A DNA stretch of 64,000 nt from the NCBI GenBank assembly GCA_053919585.1, contig JBSSHM010000205.1. One strand, given 5' to 3'. Position numbers and translations under genes: made by a program. The DNA is from Euprymna scolopes (Eukaryota). The notes under the pieces were generated by a model. The model ran no database searches. It was given only the letters and a program-made list of their open reading frames with translations, and was not told the DNA's origin. Below are positions 19,824 through 28,346 of the stretch, piece by piece (position 1 is the stretch's first letter; the number at the start of each line of letters is the position of its first letter).

Positions 19824-20180
19824 ATGAAAACTTTTAAAACTCTTCTTATCGCGGGACTTTTGGCAACATCTTGTAATGTTAGTGCTATCAAATATATAGC
19901 TAGTACAGACCACGGGATTAAACAGGTAGCAGCGTTAAAAGCTTGTAAGGATTACCTATCTAATGAAGGTAGTTTTGACCTAGCGGATGCATTACAGATC
20001 GCGCTTGTAGATGAATACAATGCAGACCGTAAGAAACACGGATTCTTACAATTCACTCAAACTAAAGTTTATAAGGTAGCGTATCTTAAGAATACAGTAC
20101 TTTTGAAAGATTCAAAACCCTTCCAAGTTAGATGTGAAACAATGGCAAAAGTTGTTTTAAATAAGATTATGAAAATGTGA
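19824..20180 (+). CDS. exported hypothetical protein (island)
   Basis: signal peptide MKTFKTLLIAGLLATSCNVSA. Confidence 0.7.
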   Translation: MKTFKTLLIAGLLATSCNVSAIKYIASTDHGIKQVAALKACKDYLSNEGSFDLADALQIALVDEYNADRKKHGFLQFTQTKVYKVAYLKNTVLLKDSKPFQVRCETMAKVVLNKIMKM

Positions 20181-20217
20181 TCTAGGTCACAGCAAATAAA
20201 TCCCAACAACGTATACT
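20176..20217 (+). promoter_or_regulatory. class II CRP-type promoter
   Basis: TGTGA-TCTAGG-TCACA, 20 bp, TATACT. Confidence 0.8.
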
Positions 20218-20257
20218 TAACTTAAATCGAAACGGCACAACATAAGGAAGCCCTCCC

Positions 20258-21046
20258 ATGAAACTACGTAAAACTGATAAGCAATCTGATTCAAAAGTTA
20301 TCTTGGAAGTCGGTTATATGTCTAATAATACAGAACTAACCACTACAATCAAATACATGAAATTTGAAGGTGAAGTGGTATATTGTAGCGTTAAACGAAA
20401 AGAACTGCTATCCCGTATCTGTCCCGATCTTGCTTCGCTTGAAAAAATGTATAGTGTTAACCCTAAGACAGGCGCTAATTGGTCTGACAATAGTTTAGGG
20501 CATTATATCGAACAAACTAGAAAATATTTAGGCAAGAATCCTAAAACTATCGAGGATTTTCAGGATGAGATCTCAGAATTGGCTAACGAGTTAAACACTC
20601 ATAAGGTTTTATCTTTTGGGGGTGATAACTTACCCGTCTACGCGATTGAAAAGCTACGCGACATCCTAAAAAATCCGATGGATCACGACTCAGAACGTGT
20701 AAGAAACTATCTCGAAAAAGTTACTGATAAAGTGGTGAACAACTCTTTCCGCCGTGACAGACTTAAAAAACAGGGTAATGATTTTTGTGACAGACTAGCA
20801 ACCTTGCGAGTGTTGAAGAAAATGGTTCAACACCCTTTACTAAATAACATTCCGTCACGATCTGAAGTGTGGACTATCGATCGACTATCGGACTGGGTAG
20901 GTTGTGATCGATCTCTTCTTATGCCTCTATTCTTCCTTAACAAGGAAGAGTTGGAAGAACAGATCGCGGCACTACTTCAGGGTGTACAATCTGCACGTCT
21001 AAAAGAGTTGAAGCGTTTAGAAAAGAAATTTAATCTTAAGCTGTAA
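20258..21046 (+). CDS. hypothetical protein (island)
   Basis: 262 aa, AAGGA SD. Confidence 0.75.
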   Translation: MKLRKTDKQSDSKVILEVGYMSNNTELTTTIKYMKFEGEVVYCSVKRKELLSRICPDLASLEKMYSVNPKTGANWSDNSLGHYIEQTRKYLGKNPKTIEDFQDEISELANELNTHKVLSFGGDNLPVYAIEKLRDILKNPMDHDSERVRNYLEKVTDKVVNNSFRRDRLKKQGNDFCDRLATLRVLKKMVQHPLLNNIPSRSEVWTIDRLSDWVGCDRSLLMPLFFLNKEELEEQIAALLQGVQSARLKELKRLEKKFNLKL

Positions 21047-21048
21047 AA

Positions 21049-21091
21049 CGTGAGATAGGTCACGGTATTGTTTCGCGCCGTGACCTATACT
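21049..21091 (+). promoter_or_regulatory. class II CRP-type promoter with hairpin
   Basis: CGTGA-GATAGG-TCACG, 21 bp, TATACT. Confidence 0.75.
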
Positions 21092-21225
21092 TAATCCCGA
21101 GTTAAGCGAAACGACATCAAAAACTTTTCTCAAAACTTTTTAAAATCCGGTTGACTTTTAAAATCAAGTCGGTAAGATAGTAAATAAATCCACGGCGGTC
21201 ACGCCTAACACACTAAGGTGATAAC

Positions 21226-21750
21226 ATGAACAACTACAACACAGCAACTAAGACAACTATCAAAGCAATCCGCGAACTACTTGAAGACACCTTTTCAAAT
21301 ATCGACGTAGCATCATATGAAACACAGATCGATTTGTTCCGTGCTGTACTTAAGTTTGAAGCTGAACACGGACTAGATACTACAAAAGAATGTCTTAGTA
21401 TTCTTGATGTAGCTATGTCAGCTACTGATACGGATTTAGATGATCTTTACTGTGAGTTCTCCGAAAAACTAGAAGCTATCGAATCCCGTGAAGACGACGA
21501 AAATCTTGAGCTTCCTTGTGGTGACGTGCGAATCATCGACAAAGAAGAGATTGATCAGATCTGGACTGATAGCCTTATCGAAATGATTAAAGACTGCTAC
21601 AACCTAGGCGATAACCTTCCTTCTTTTGTTGAGATTGACTGGGAAAAGACTGCTGAAAACTGTAAGGTGGATGGAATGGGGCATCATTTCGCATCATACG
21701 ACCATGAGGAGCATGAAACGGATAGTGTTTACATTTTCCGCACTAACTAA
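21226..21750 (+). CDS. highly acidic protein, possible ArdA-like DNA mimic
   Basis: D/E-rich, C-terminal EIDWEKTA...YIFR reminiscent of ArdA. Confidence 0.5.
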   Translation: MNNYNTATKTTIKAIRELLEDTFSNIDVASYETQIDLFRAVLKFEAEHGLDTTKECLSILDVAMSATDTDLDDLYCEFSEKLEAIESREDDENLELPCGDVRIIDKEEIDQIWTDSLIEMIKDCYNLGDNLPSFVEIDWEKTAENCKVDGMGHHFASYDHEEHETDSVYIFRTN

Positions 21751-21809
21751 GCCGGACATACAGGGCGGGTTAATCCCCGCCATATCTGAACAATTGAGAG
21801 GGTGATCCG

Positions 21810-22073
21810 GTGATACCTACAGAAAGAAAAGATATACAAGGGGCTAACGCTTTTATTCTTAAACACGTCAACAAAGGTTTATTTGTTGAGACAGTAGAAA
21901 AGGCAGTTAATGAGGAGTTGGAACTTTACAAGAAAATATTGGATATGCCTTTCAACCATTTTATAATGGTGCCTTTAGAAGGCGGGGCAAAATTGAAGGT
22001 ACGAAAAACCTTTACAGGGAATTTGGAAGTAACTAAGATTGAATCCGAGTTCACAACAAAAGCACGTATTTAA
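21810..22073 (+). CDS. hypothetical protein (island)
   Basis: GAGGG SD plus GTG. Confidence 0.6.
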   Translation: MIPTERKDIQGANAFILKHVNKGLFVETVEKAVNEELELYKKILDMPFNHFIMVPLEGGAKLKVRKTFTGNLEVTKIESEFTTKARI

Positions 22074-22091
22074 CAAAGAGAGATAGACACA

Positions 22092-22223
22092 ATGAAAAAG
22101 ATTTCACCAATGAAAAACACACGTAAGGTTATGGCTTCAGAGATTACAGCGGATAAAGGTTATCGCTCCGAACGTGAGAAGAAACACAACCGAGTTGAGC
22201 GCGAAGTTAAGCGCAATTGGTAA
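22092..22223 (+). CDS. small basic protein (43 aa)
   Basis: manual translation, precedes terminator. Confidence 0.5.
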   Translation: MKKISPMKNTRKVMASEITADKGYRSEREKKHNRVEREVKRNW

Positions 22224-22237
22224 AAGGTAGATAAAAG

Positions 22238-22267
22238 AAAAGCGCACCATTAACGGGTGCGCTTTTT
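22238..22267. terminator. bidirectional intrinsic terminator
   Basis: AAAAGCGCACC..GGTGCGCTTTTT between convergent genes. Confidence 0.75.
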
Positions 22268-22660
22268 GTATATATCGGGGTTGAAATTGTAGTAGTTCCC
22301 TACTAGTTCGGATCCTGTAACATCTAACCACACAACACGGTTTACCCTATTAGGCTGGATAACCTTATACTTATTACTATCAAATTTCCCTTCTTGTTTT
22401 ACGCGGGTACGCTTGATCAGTTTCACCTTTTCGAGTTTAGTTAAAGACCTGTATAAGGTGCGCTCGGATATAGCTAAATGCTTGGATACTTGATCAACGT
22501 TCGGGTAAATAGAATTATAACCATGAATCACACCTAAACCGTTCAAATAGCCGTATAAGAGTTTATCTACACTGGATAGAGGGATTGTACTAGCTTTATC
22601 CTTAAACCTTATAGCGGCTATTCTGTGAAGCTCTAAAGGCATATTGAAATATAATGACAC
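22250..22660 (-). CDS. winged-HTH protein (HTH_36 / replication-initiator N-terminus-like)
   Basis: DKLLYGYL..YPNVDQVSKHLAISERTLYRSLTKLEKVKLI..NKY. Confidence 0.7.
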   Translation of the reverse strand: MSLYFNMPLELHRIAAIRFKDKASTIPLSSVDKLLYGYLNGLGVIHGYNSIYPNVDQVSKHLAISERTLYRSLTKLEKVKLIKRTRVKQEGKFDSNKYKVIQPNRVNRVVWLDVTGSELVGNYYNFNPDIYKKRTR

Positions 22661-22713
22661 GGGAGTTCCTCCTTAAATTTCTTTATGAATTAATTATAAC
22701 ATGGTGCTTGAAC

Positions 22714-22755
22714 TGTGATCTATATCACGGTAATATGTTTGGGACGTCCTATAAT
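22714..22755 (+). promoter_or_regulatory. class II CRP-type promoter
   Basis: TGTGA-TCTATA-TCACG, 20 bp, TATAAT. Confidence 0.78.
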
Positions 22756-22796
22756 GGACACATCAATTAAGAACAACACATTTTAAGGAGTTACCC

Positions 22797-22910
22797 ATGG
22801 TTAAGTTTATTTTTATCTTAGTTTGTACATTTGGTCTTTACTATACATCGGCAGATGTGGTGGCACCTTCCTGTCAGGGTGTAGAATGTTCTTCACTTCT
22901 TAAGGACTAG
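22797..22910 (+). CDS. 37-aa exported or membrane mini-protein with CxxxxC
   Basis: AAGGAG SD, MVKFIFILVCTFGLYY...CQGVEC. Confidence 0.6.
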   Translation: MVKFIFILVCTFGLYYTSADVVAPSCQGVECSSLLKD

Positions 22911-22915
22911 GCGCG

Positions 22916-23251
22916 GTGATAAAGCATCAAATCGACTTGCTTATGATTCATAAAATTGTCGATAAAAGCACCGGACATATTACGGAGCTAAAACCTAATG
23001 ACAAGGTAGTTTATAGTTATTTACTAGCTTACCAAGGAGAAGGTTTAACCGTAAACCGGATCGCACTTGATAACGGATTGAGTGATAGTACTATAAAGCG
23101 TACTATAAAAACCTTGAAGAGTTGCGGACTATTGACAACTGAATCCACAAAACACAAAGGGCGTACGGTAACACAGTTTAATCCGAAAACCCCTACTATT
23201 AACAATTTTAAATATTACCAGATTAACGGTAATGAGTTATTCATCAATTAA
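22916..23251 (+). CDS. winged-HTH protein, paralog of 22250-22660
   Basis: DKVVYSYL..VNRIALDNGLSDSTIKRTIKTLKSCGLL. Confidence 0.7.
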   Translation: MIKHQIDLLMIHKIVDKSTGHITELKPNDKVVYSYLLAYQGEGLTVNRIALDNGLSDSTIKRTIKTLKSCGLLTTESTKHKGRTVTQFNPKTPTINNFKYYQINGNELFIN

Positions 23252-23420
23252 GGATATACCAATGAAAGATTTACTAAATACTTACAAAAATCAAGCGATT
23301 ACAAAAGCTGACTACTTTGAACCGCGTACCAACAAGCGAAAAGAAGAGAAAGGCGATCACGATCTAGATAGTACCGCTAGTGAGTGCCGTTATTCAGTTG
23401 GAACCGCCTTCACTTATTAG
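23232..23420 (+). CDS. hypothetical protein (start may be 23262)
   Basis: AAGGA SD before the internal ATG. Confidence 0.5.
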   Translation: MSYSSIKDIPMKDLLNTYKNQAITKADYFEPRTNKRKEEKGDHDLDSTASECRYSVGTAFTY

Positions 23421-23426
23421 CCAAAA

Positions 23427-23468
23427 TGTGACATAGGTCACTGTTATTATCTGACGGTGACCTATAAT
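23427..23468 (+). promoter_or_regulatory. class II CRP-type promoter with hairpin
   Basis: TGTGA-CATAGG-TCACT, 20 bp, TATAAT. Confidence 0.8.
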
Positions 23469-23508
23469 TAAACCTCATTCACGCAAACCATTTGACGGAA
23501 ATTTTATC

Positions 23509-23787
23509 ATGCGTACTAATAAATTTATTACCCTAGTTTGTTTTGACAAGAATAATTTTGATAAGTTTGAGGTTGTGCCAGTGGCAAACCTACACGGCAA
23601 GGATGTCGAGGCGTTCGCTAACACTCTTCACGATCACGGGCTTAAATGTTTCACAACATCTACAGATAAGGGTACGCAAAAGTATTTTTCACCTCACATC
23701 AAAACAGGGAATAAATTGGTTGAAAAATTTATTCAACATTGTACACTTAGAGGGGTAGAAATTAATAATCTTTTTTGGAGTATGTAA
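23509..23787 (+). CDS. hypothetical protein (island)
   Basis: follows promoter. Confidence 0.7.
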   Translation: MRTNKFITLVCFDKNNFDKFEVVPVANLHGKDVEAFANTLHDHGLKCFTTSTDKGTQKYFSPHIKTGNKLVEKFIQHCTLRGVEINNLFWSM

Positions 23788-23788
23788 T

Positions 23789-23935
23789 ATGCTTAAGAAT
23801 CTTTTAATGTTAGCTTTTGTAGCTGTTTTATGTTGGGGTGGTTATAGTCTGTTACTCGATGCAAAGCAGATCATTGAGAAAAGGAACAGTAACCTATGTC
23901 ATACGGCTGAATGTATTTTGGGAGAGGGTAAGTGA
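23789..23935 (+). CDS. 48-aa membrane mini-protein with CxxxxC
   Basis: GGAG SD, hydrophobic N-terminus, CHTAEC. Confidence 0.55.
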   Translation: MLKNLLMLAFVAVLCWGGYSLLLDAKQIIEKRNSNLCHTAECILGEGK

Positions 23936-24105
23936 TAACACAAAAGCACTTCGATATAGTATTAGGTAAGATTAAATCCTATGTACTAAAATTGTTTCTA
24001 GCTAGTTGGTTGGGTATGGTGTTTATTATCGTTTGCGCCTTTCAAGCTGATACGGTGGAGCAAATCACCATAGCACAAAACCAATTACAATCGTTTGAAA
24101 AATAA
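23932..24105 (+). CDS. 57-aa membrane protein
   Basis: GTGA coupling, central hydrophobic helix. Confidence 0.5.
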   Translation: MITQKHFDIVLGKIKSYVLKLFLASWLGMVFIIVCAFQADTVEQITIAQNQLQSFEK

Positions 24106-24114
24106 GGGCAAACT

Positions 24115-24510
24115 ATGATTACACAGCAAGATATCAAGAAAGATTTAGAACAGGTATCTAATACGATATTAGATATGAGTGACAGTAAACTTATGGAGAT
24201 TTTCACTTGTAACGAGTATCAACAAGTGTTTACCCATCAACGTTACATAAGTCTAAATCCGGAAAAACTATCCGAGCTTTTAGGAGAGGTATACTGTAAG
24301 AAGGTTTTAAAGATACCTTACCGTTTATGTTTTATTCACGCCGCAATCGGGAAAATAGGCGGTATGAATATGTCCTATGATGATCTTCTAAATCTTTGCG
24401 AAGAACGTCGCAAGTTTGCCCAATGGGTATCCGATAACTCGGAAAATCTGGCTAAAGCTATGATAAATAACAAGAATTTAAGACAGTGGCAAAAATACGA
24501 CGTCTTATAG
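24115..24510 (+). CDS. hypothetical protein (island)
   Basis: 131 aa ORF. Confidence 0.7.
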   Translation: MITQQDIKKDLEQVSNTILDMSDSKLMEIFTCNEYQQVFTHQRYISLNPEKLSELLGEVYCKKVLKIPYRLCFIHAAIGKIGGMNMSYDDLLNLCEERRKFAQWVSDNSENLAKAMINNKNLRQWQKYDVL

Positions 24511-24515
24511 TAAAA

Positions 24516-24558
24516 TGTGAACCCGATCACGGTTTTATGTGGTCGGGTTTAGTATTAT
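24516..24558 (+). promoter_or_regulatory. class II CRP-type promoter with hairpin
   Basis: TGTGA-ACCCGA-TCACG, 21 bp, TATTAT. Confidence 0.75.
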
Positions 24559-24611
24559 AAACGTGTTGAGAGGATGTCCTCCAACATAACCCAAAACTCG
24601 GAGCGCACAAC

Positions 24612-24797
24612 ATGCTTACAATCTTATCCCTTATCCTTTCTGGCGGTGAAGTGGTTACAATTACGCAACCGGATTTAGAGACTTGCCTAAACTCACAAGA
24701 AAAGGCGATTCTTGCAGGGCATAAGGCAACATGTGACTTAATCACTCCGGAGCAATGGGATCAACAATTACAGCAACTTATCAACAAGCAATCTTAA
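24612..24797 (+). CDS. small hypothetical protein (island)
   Basis: GGAG SD. Confidence 0.6.
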   Translation: MLTILSLILSGGEVVTITQPDLETCLNSQEKAILAGHKATCDLITPEQWDQQLQQLINKQS

Positions 24798-24807
24798 GGA
24801 TCATATT

Positions 24808-25044
24808 ATGTCATATGTAGTAACCTATTACACTCGCGCCGTGGCTACCGTTCAAAGTTTCCACAACACTAAAAAGGAAGCACAAAAGGCAATGGCTGAC
24901 GACATCAAAGAGGTTAAAACCTCATACCCTCGCAACTCAGGTTATAAAAAGGCAGGTTCTATTGCGTCCGGACGTGTTACCTTTGAGCACCCTTATTACG
25001 GGGTGGATTACGTTTGTAAACTAGAGAAGAATCCCGCCAATTAA
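24808..25044 (+). CDS. hypothetical protein (island)
   Basis: AAGGA SD. Confidence 0.7.
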   Translation: MSYVVTYYTRAVATVQSFHNTKKEAQKAMADDIKEVKTSYPRNSGYKKAGSIASGRVTFEHPYYGVDYVCKLEKNPAN

Positions 25045-25050
25045 TCAAAG

Positions 25051-25093
25051 TGTGACTTACCTCACAGCAATCTGATCGGGGTTAATCTATTAT
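25051..25093 (+). promoter_or_regulatory. class II CRP-type promoter
   Basis: TGTGA-CTTACC-TCACA, 21 bp, TATTAT. Confidence 0.78.
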
Positions 25094-25145
25094 TAGTTTG
25101 TCGGCGGATAACGTCAAACATTAACCCCTTTTAGGAGTATTCCTT

Positions 25146-25757
25146 ATGGATAACATCACTAAATCACTTTTTAACCTAACATCTACAAATAACGGTTTTT
25201 TCAAGTCTGAAAAGCAAGCGGACTTCCTAAAGTCTTACACGGTAGACGGTTCAACAATTTGGGGATCGAGTTCATCAACTTACGGTAATGTAACACAGCA
25301 AGTATTCTTTTTAGATTCTGAAGGCGTTACAGCGGTTAAAACGTGGTCACAGAAAAAGCAATCATTTACCCGCACCACTTGGGAACGTAAGACCGATGCA
25401 GCCTTTGCAGCCCTTAAAGTTGCAAAAGCCGTAGCCGATGAGAAGAAATCTGTTTTACGTACTAGACTTGATAAAATTCACAACCGAGTAAATGAATTAC
25501 GTAACCTTAAGGATAAAACTTTAGCTAAACTGTCTATGACACTCGTAACAGAGTTTTTAGAAGCAACTGAAGGGAAGTCTAAAGAAGAGGTTAAAAAGCT
25601 TTCCAAGCCCTTTATGGAGCGTAATAACAAGGTCAAAAAGCTTAGTGATAATGTTGAGCCGCAAATTCGACGCCTGTTTGATAAATCGTATGAATTAGAG
25701 CGCGAATTATGCAACGTTACCTCAGAATTTCGCAAACTGTACGCAAACACTAAATAA
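25146..25757 (+). CDS. hypothetical protein with coiled-coil C-terminus (island)
   Basis: AGGAG SD. Confidence 0.75.
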   Translation: MDNITKSLFNLTSTNNGFFKSEKQADFLKSYTVDGSTIWGSSSSTYGNVTQQVFFLDSEGVTAVKTWSQKKQSFTRTTWERKTDAAFAALKVAKAVADEKKSVLRTRLDKIHNRVNELRNLKDKTLAKLSMTLVTEFLEATEGKSKEEVKKLSKPFMERNNKVKKLSDNVEPQIRRLFDKSYELERELCNVTSEFRKLYANTK

Positions 25758-25807
25758 TACCAGCGGGGAGAAATCCCCGCCTACTCGACAACATCAATAA
25801 CTAATAA

Positions 25808-25850
25808 TGTGACTTTTGTCACAGCATTTTAAAACTAGATAACCTATTAT
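25808..25850 (+). promoter_or_regulatory. class II CRP-type promoter
   Basis: TGTGA-CTTTTG-TCACA, 21 bp, TATTAT. Confidence 0.78.
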
Positions 25851-25914
25851 AGCCTTGTACCAACGAGGTACAACAACACAAACTTTATCAATAATTAGTC
25901 TAGAGGGCTTTATT

Positions 25915-26292
25915 ATGTTTTTATCTGAATTCAACTCATACCTAGTAACATGTGGCGAGGGAAACGATTTACGTACTTTGAAAGTAAGTGGTGAAGATTT
26001 GAAGACCGTTTTTGCAACATTTCCCCGTGTAGTGTGTATTGAAGAAATTCATACTTTTGAAATCTACGTTAAAAATCAGGAAGGTGTACGTGGATGGGAT
26101 ATCAAGTTTATTCAAAGCACTGATAAACTTATCAAGACTTTCCCGCTATTTGATTGTATTATCAGTAAGAACGATCACATTCCGGCGGATCTATCAGAAC
26201 ACCTAACCTATGAAGGGGCGGACTATCCTCACGGAGGAGTTTTCCTACCTAATACCGAAAAAAGCGAAAATGGGAAATTCTACTTATCGTAA
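25915..26292 (+). CDS. hypothetical protein (island)
   Basis: GAGGG SD, ATG at 25915. Confidence 0.7.
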   Translation: MFLSEFNSYLVTCGEGNDLRTLKVSGEDLKTVFATFPRVVCIEEIHTFEIYVKNQEGVRGWDIKFIQSTDKLIKTFPLFDCIISKNDHIPADLSEHLTYEGADYPHGGVFLPNTEKSENGKFYLS

Positions 26293-26322
26293 ATAAACCG
26301 TACAGCGTTTAAAGCTCCTGTA

Positions 26323-26342
26323 AGCCCCGTGAGGGGCTTTTT
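26323..26342 (+). terminator. intrinsic terminator
   Basis: AGCCCC-GTGA-GGGGCT-TTTT. Confidence 0.75.
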
Positions 26343-26395
26343 GTCGTGGGGTGGTATGATTCATCAAATAAGTTGCTAAAACCTTAAATAACAGG

Positions 26396-26491
26396 TTATC
26401 CACAACGGGCACGGTGTACGTACAGCAAAAAGCCTCACAAGATAAGAAAAGGTGTACATAGTAGTGATTGTTGTGAGTATCTTGTGGATAA
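26396..26491. promoter_or_regulatory. two inverted consensus DnaA boxes
   Basis: TTATCCACA at 26396-26404 and TGTGGATAA at 26483-26491, in an intergenic gap. Confidence 0.65.
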
Positions 26492-26517
26492 CTTTTATTA
26501 CTCCCTTTATACCAAAA

Positions 26518-26560
26518 TGTGACTTACATCACAGCACTTTAAAACCTAATCGCTTACTAT
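26518..26560 (+). promoter_or_regulatory. class II CRP-type promoter
   Basis: TGTGA-CTTACA-TCACA, 21 bp, TACTAT. Confidence 0.78.
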
Positions 26561-26619
26561 TGTTTTGTACCAACGAGGTGCGACAACTTAACCCTTTAAC
26601 TCTCTCTGGAGAAAACATT

Positions 26620-27060
26620 ATGTCTACTGAATACACACTTACATTTGATAACTGTTTTATTGACGCTTTTGATGTACCATACCGTGCACATCCTATCTTT
26701 TCTGATCTGTCTGCTTTTGTTAAGACCTTGCCGGAAAATCTAAAAGATCTAGTTTCGTTTGTAGATGAATATCAACTTGAAGGTGCCGATCTTGATGTGG
26801 TACTAACTCTGGAGGCGGAACAAATTTCCGTAATGTGGGAAGCTTTTCAAGAAGGTACGATCGCAAAGTTTAAAGATAATGGCTATGTAGCTAGTCACTA
26901 TTACAAGGGTTATATAGTGGAGTTGGATAAGGCACACGGTAAAGTGTTTATTTTATCAAAAGGAAAGGATGTGAGAGTTTCAACCGCGGCAACTGGAGAA
27001 CTGGACAGTTTAGAAGGGGCGAAAAAGTTTATCGACTGGGCAGAGACTTTTAATTCATAG
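26620..27060 (+). CDS. hypothetical protein (island)
   Basis: GGAG SD, ATG at 26620. Confidence 0.72.
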   Translation: MSTEYTLTFDNCFIDAFDVPYRAHPIFSDLSAFVKTLPENLKDLVSFVDEYQLEGADLDVVLTLEAEQISVMWEAFQEGTIAKFKDNGYVASHYYKGYIVELDKAHGKVFILSKGKDVRVSTAATGELDSLEGAKKFIDWAETFNS

Positions 27061-27103
27061 TGTGATCTAGGTCACTGTTATTATCTTAATAGTGACCTAT
27101 AAT
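27061..27103 (+). promoter_or_regulatory. class II CRP-type promoter with hairpin
   Basis: TGTGA-TCTAGG-TCACT, 21 bp, TATAAT. Confidence 0.8.
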
Positions 27104-27140
27104 TAAACCTCATTAAACAACACGGCAATAAAAGCACGTT

Positions 27141-27527
27141 ATGAAAATCCTAGTTAAAATCCTAAAAGTTGAAGACAATACAGTTACTTATCAAGAACTT
27201 AACCGCACAACCAAGGCTGTTATGATTGAAGATTTTATGTCAATTGAACAGTTCATCAATGCACTTAACCATGAAACTTTTGGATTCGAGTTGGCAGAAA
27301 TGAACAAACAGCAAGCTATCAAAACCGCGGCAATGTTCGGAGCGGTGATCACAAACTGGGATTACTGCCGCGTACTTCAAAACTTTTCAGCTACTGTAAA
27401 CACTAAGCATGAATACGATAACGGTTATGGTTACATGAAAAACGAAATCTCAATCACAACATACTCGCAAGCCCACCTATGCCGTATGGCTATCGTTGAA
27501 CACCACACTTACAAGGGAGATAAATAA
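27141..27527 (+). CDS. hypothetical protein (island)
   Basis: follows promoter. Confidence 0.7.
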   Translation: MKILVKILKVEDNTVTYQELNRTTKAVMIEDFMSIEQFINALNHETFGFELAEMNKQQAIKTAAMFGAVITNWDYCRVLQNFSATVNTKHEYDNGYGYMKNEISITTYSQAHLCRMAIVEHHTYKGDK

Positions 27528-27528
27528 T

Positions 27529-27795
27529 ATGTACCTTATTATTGATTCAACTGTCACAATTATGGAAACAGGACGTCGTACGGTAAGCACTTGGTTGATC
27601 GTCGCCACTGGTAACGGGTGCGGTGGATGGGATTTTCATGAGCATCAGACGGGACGCCCATTCTTTTATCAAAAAGATGAACTAAACGCAGTAAATGGTA
27701 TGTTATCCCGTCTACAGTTCCCAAATGTATCGGTTACCGAAACTACTAACGGCAATCATCGACAAATCAATACAAAAACCGTCACACTACTATAA
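27529..27795 (+). CDS. hypothetical protein (island)
   Basis: GGGAG SD, ATG at 27529. Confidence 0.65.
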   Translation: MYLIIDSTVTIMETGRRTVSTWLIVATGNGCGGWDFHEHQTGRPFFYQKDELNAVNGMLSRLQFPNVSVTETTNGNHRQINTKTVTLL

Positions 27796-27806
27796 AGAGG
27801 ATTACC

Positions 27807-28112
27807 ATGCGAACAGGTATTAAGGGCGTTAACAACCTAGGTAATAAAATAATTTACCGTTCTAAATCTGCTATAGCAGGGGGCGGGGGTGTGAGACTTG
27901 TCAAGGTGTACGGAGTAGGCGAACAGCTAGCCCAGATTCTTATTGAACGCCACTTAACCATACACCGTGAGGGTGAAGCACACATCACTGATAATGGAGG
28001 CTCGATCTCCGTCGTGATAGTATCAAAAAGTCGTGAGATCTATATAGACTATATCCCTGAAAAAGGGCGATTGCTAATATTCACTGACTTTGAGCCGGAT
28101 CCTGATAAATAG
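27807..28112 (+). CDS. hypothetical protein (island)
   Basis: GAGGA SD. Confidence 0.7.
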   Translation: MRTGIKGVNNLGNKIIYRSKSAIAGGGGVRLVKVYGVGEQLAQILIERHLTIHREGEAHITDNGGSISVVIVSKSREIYIDYIPEKGRLLIFTDFEPDPDK

Positions 28113-28155
28113 TGACCTACTTCACAGAATACCCCGTCCAGTACGGGGCTATTTC
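28111..28155 (+). terminator. CRP-type box followed by a terminator hairpin
   Basis: AGTGA-CCTACT-TCACA, then CCCCGT..ACGGGG. Confidence 0.6.
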
Positions 28156-28256
28156 TTACCGTTTTACCGTACACCATTTAAACGCTCTGTAAGGCTCTGT
28201 ACGGGGTTTTTGTACTTAATGCGGGTGTTTATACCTCTTTTGTGATTTGACGGTTT

Positions 28257-28299
28257 TGTGACCTAGGTCACTGTTTTTATAATCTAGGAAGGTTACTAT
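28257..28299 (+). promoter_or_regulatory. class II CRP-type promoter
   Basis: TGTGA-CCTAGG-TCACT, 21 bp, TACTAT. Confidence 0.75.
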
Positions 28300-28346
28300 A
28301 TAGACCTAGACACAAAACACCTAAACAACCTTTTTGGAGAAACACC

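Noticed and set aside
24732-24746. TGTGA-CTTAA-TCACT
   Set aside because: The spacer is 5 bp and the site is intragenic, so it was not counted.
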